DNA of 35,142 nucleotides from a virus (Duplodnaviria; Caudoviricetes): IMG/VR virus record IMGVR_UViG_3300025133_010191, positions 1 to 35,142 of that record; one strand, 5' to 3'. Shown piece by piece: positions 33,889 to 35,142 of this stretch (position 1 is its first letter; each line of letters starts with the position of its first letter). The notes under the pieces were generated by a model. It saw only the letters and a program-made list of their open reading frames with translations, ran no database searches and was not told where the DNA came from. The position numbers and the translations under genes were made by a program.

Positions 33889-33896
33889 ATAAATAT
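33889..33896 (-). promoter_or_regulatory. ATAnwTAT motif (ATATTTAT)
   Basis: Ends 10 nt before the tRNA 5' end. Confidence 0.45.
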
Positions 33897-34198
33897 TAGT
33901 CTAAAACAATCTTTTTACCAGTTACCCAATTTCTAATATAAGTTCTGCTCCCTACGCTTTGATAAACTTTATTTAGGCTGCGCGCTTTAACAAATGCGCT
34001 ATTTTGATCGATGAATGAGAAGAGCACATGGTAAGAATTTTTCTTTTCTAGTTTTTCGCTAGCTAAACAAACGTGCCACGGGTGAGAATGTGACTGGCAG
34101 AATCCAGATTTTCTTTCCCAGGGCCACGCTTCTGAATCACCGGTTTTCTTGGCTGTGCCTATTGGTTTTCTAAATTTGTTATTTTTGCCTCTGCTCAC
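33896..34198 (-). CDS. Basic hypothetical protein
   Basis: GGAG RBS, GTG start, upstream promoter. Confidence 0.7.
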   Translation of the reverse strand: MSRGKNNKFRKPIGTAKKTGDSEAWPWERKSGFCQSHSHPWHVCLASEKLEKKNSYHVLFSFIDQNSAFVKARSLNKVYQSVGSRTYIRNWVTGKKIVLD

Positions 34199-34219
34199 GT
34201 TTTCTCCGATCTACTTATG

Positions 34220-34248
34220 ATTATACGCCCATGTATCTGTAAGTACAA
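34220..34248 (-). promoter_or_regulatory. Sigma70-like promoter
   Basis: TTGTAC-17 bp-TATAAT in an intergenic gap. Confidence 0.65.
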
Positions 34249-34275
34249 CAGGAATTAATCTGGAATCTCTGGCGC

Positions 34276-34785
34276 CTATCCTCTAAGTAGTTCTTGCCCT
34301 ATTATTTCTTTGTCTTGGTCTAGTTTCTGCTGCAAAGCAATATTTAAAACCATTTCATGCAGGCGCCCGGGTGATATTTTCTCATATGTCACAGGAAATA
34401 TTCCAGCAGTAATCAATGCGTGTGCAATCCACTGTGAGCAATACCATTTTCGATCATGCTTAATCATGTAGGGAACGAACTGTGATATTATCATGCCCAA
34501 CCAATCATATTTTTGGCCGGCTGTTTGTTCATAAAACCTCATGATGTTAGATAGCTGTGCATCTGTTATTTTAAGTTCTATTCTTTTCCAGTCTTCGCTT
34601 TCAGCACAGCAATCTTCTTGCACCATGCGTACTACCCCTTCTTCTTCTGGGCAAATTCCTGCCGTTATCCCCCCTGGGAGGATAAGCTCGGCGTGAAGAT
34701 ATGGGCTCTTAGTCCACCATGCAACAATCTTTTGGCGCCAATCTTGCGCGGGAGCACAATAAAATGCGACCCAGATTGAATTCAC
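34276..34785 (-). CDS. Permuted papain-like NlpC/P60 (YiiX/YebB-like) enzyme
   Basis: SPYLHAEL (His) precedes KYDWLG and WYCSQWIA (Cys), then ISPG.L. Confidence 0.8.
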   Translation of the reverse strand: MNSIWVAFYCAPAQDWRQKIVAWWTKSPYLHAELILPGGITAGICPEEEGVVRMVQEDCCAESEDWKRIELKITDAQLSNIMRFYEQTAGQKYDWLGMIISQFVPYMIKHDRKWYCSQWIAHALITAGIFPVTYEKISPGRLHEMVLNIALQQKLDQDKEIIGQELLRG

Positions 34786-34797
34786 AAGGTTCCTAGA

Positions 34798-35142
34798 TTA
34801 GTTTTTTATTTTCTTAGAAGCTGCAGATCGCGTCTTTGACGAAGTCTTTTTCTTAGAAACTGTAGTGCTTGTAGCTTTAGTTGCCTTCTTAGAACGACGC
34901 TTTCTTGTCTTTGTCGCTTTTTCCAAGTCAGGATTAACAGACAGCGAATTGATAATAGCTTGAGCTGGCTCAGTTGCTTCGTTTACTTTTGAAGTTTCAA
35001 TCGATTCAACTTCCAAAACATCTTCTGCTTCTACTTCTTCTTCGACGTCTAAATTTTCAACTCCCGGGTTACGCTTTCGCTGCGGACCGGTGAGCGCCGG
35101 CGGATTTAGATCACTCAGGCTTATTCTTGAGGATGATGCCAT
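34798..35142 (-). CDS. Low-complexity protein with acidic middle and Lys/Thr/Ser-rich tail; may extend beyond the right edge
   Basis: ORF track; start codon sits at the window edge. Confidence 0.6.
   Translation of the reverse strand: MASSSRISLSDLNPPALTGPQRKRNPGVENLDVEEEVEAEDVLEVESIETSKVNEATEPAQAIINSLSVNPDLEKATKTRKRRSKKATKATSTTVSKKKTSSKTRSAASKKIKN

Noticed and set aside
1-35142. Bacterial chromosome origin, suggested by FtsH, PPIase and host-like lipoproteins
   Set aside because: There are no housekeeping operons; dense small unknown ORFs on one strand, a phage-type ligase, DUF3310 and a lone tRNA fit a large phage better. No capsid or terminase gene is in the window, so this remains an inference.
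1-35142. Stop-codon reassignment as in some jumbo phages
   Set aside because: Long genes (ftsH, ligase, the 752-aa lipoprotein) are intact under the standard code, all three stops end genes at sensible positions, and the tRNA is not a suppressor.
1-35142. CRISPR array, IS element or long nucleotide repeat
   Set aside because: I saw no regularly spaced direct repeats, transposase or terminal inverted repeats; repetition is at protein-motif level only. A self-dotplot would confirm this.

Overview
This looks like a 35 kb slice of a large (jumbo-type) tailed bacteriophage genome. About 80 tightly packed ORFs, many with Shine-Dalgarno sites or overlapping start/stop codons, lie on the minus strand; only a three-gene block at 30957-32906 is on the plus strand. 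There is one tRNA-Ser(GGA). Recognisable genes include FtsH, an ATP-dependent DNA ligase, an FKBP-type PPIase, an MT-A70 methyltransferase, a GIY-YIG nuclease, cell-wall enzymes (M23, SLT, muramidase, NlpC/P60-like) and two trypsin-like proteases. Several envelope genes (MopE-repeat/VWA lipoprotein, IPT/TIG lipoprotein, PilX-like pilin) suggest a Myxococcota or other deltaproteobacterial host (inference). Main candidates for novelty: (1) a stand-alone three-gene cassette at 12169-13881 resembling type III secretion needle and inner-rod subunits, with no other T3SS genes in the window; (2) about 11 unrelated proteins sharing a 'MKIT..L.QII.EEL..(L/I)xE' leader, a possible head-packaging/protease-cleavage tag, often downstream of a conserved ATAnwTAT motif; (3) about 23 small divergent 'GDLV' SH3/KOW-like paralogs; (4) seven predicted lipoproteins plus possible disulfide-handling proteins. 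All family calls come from motifs recognised by eye; no database search was run.
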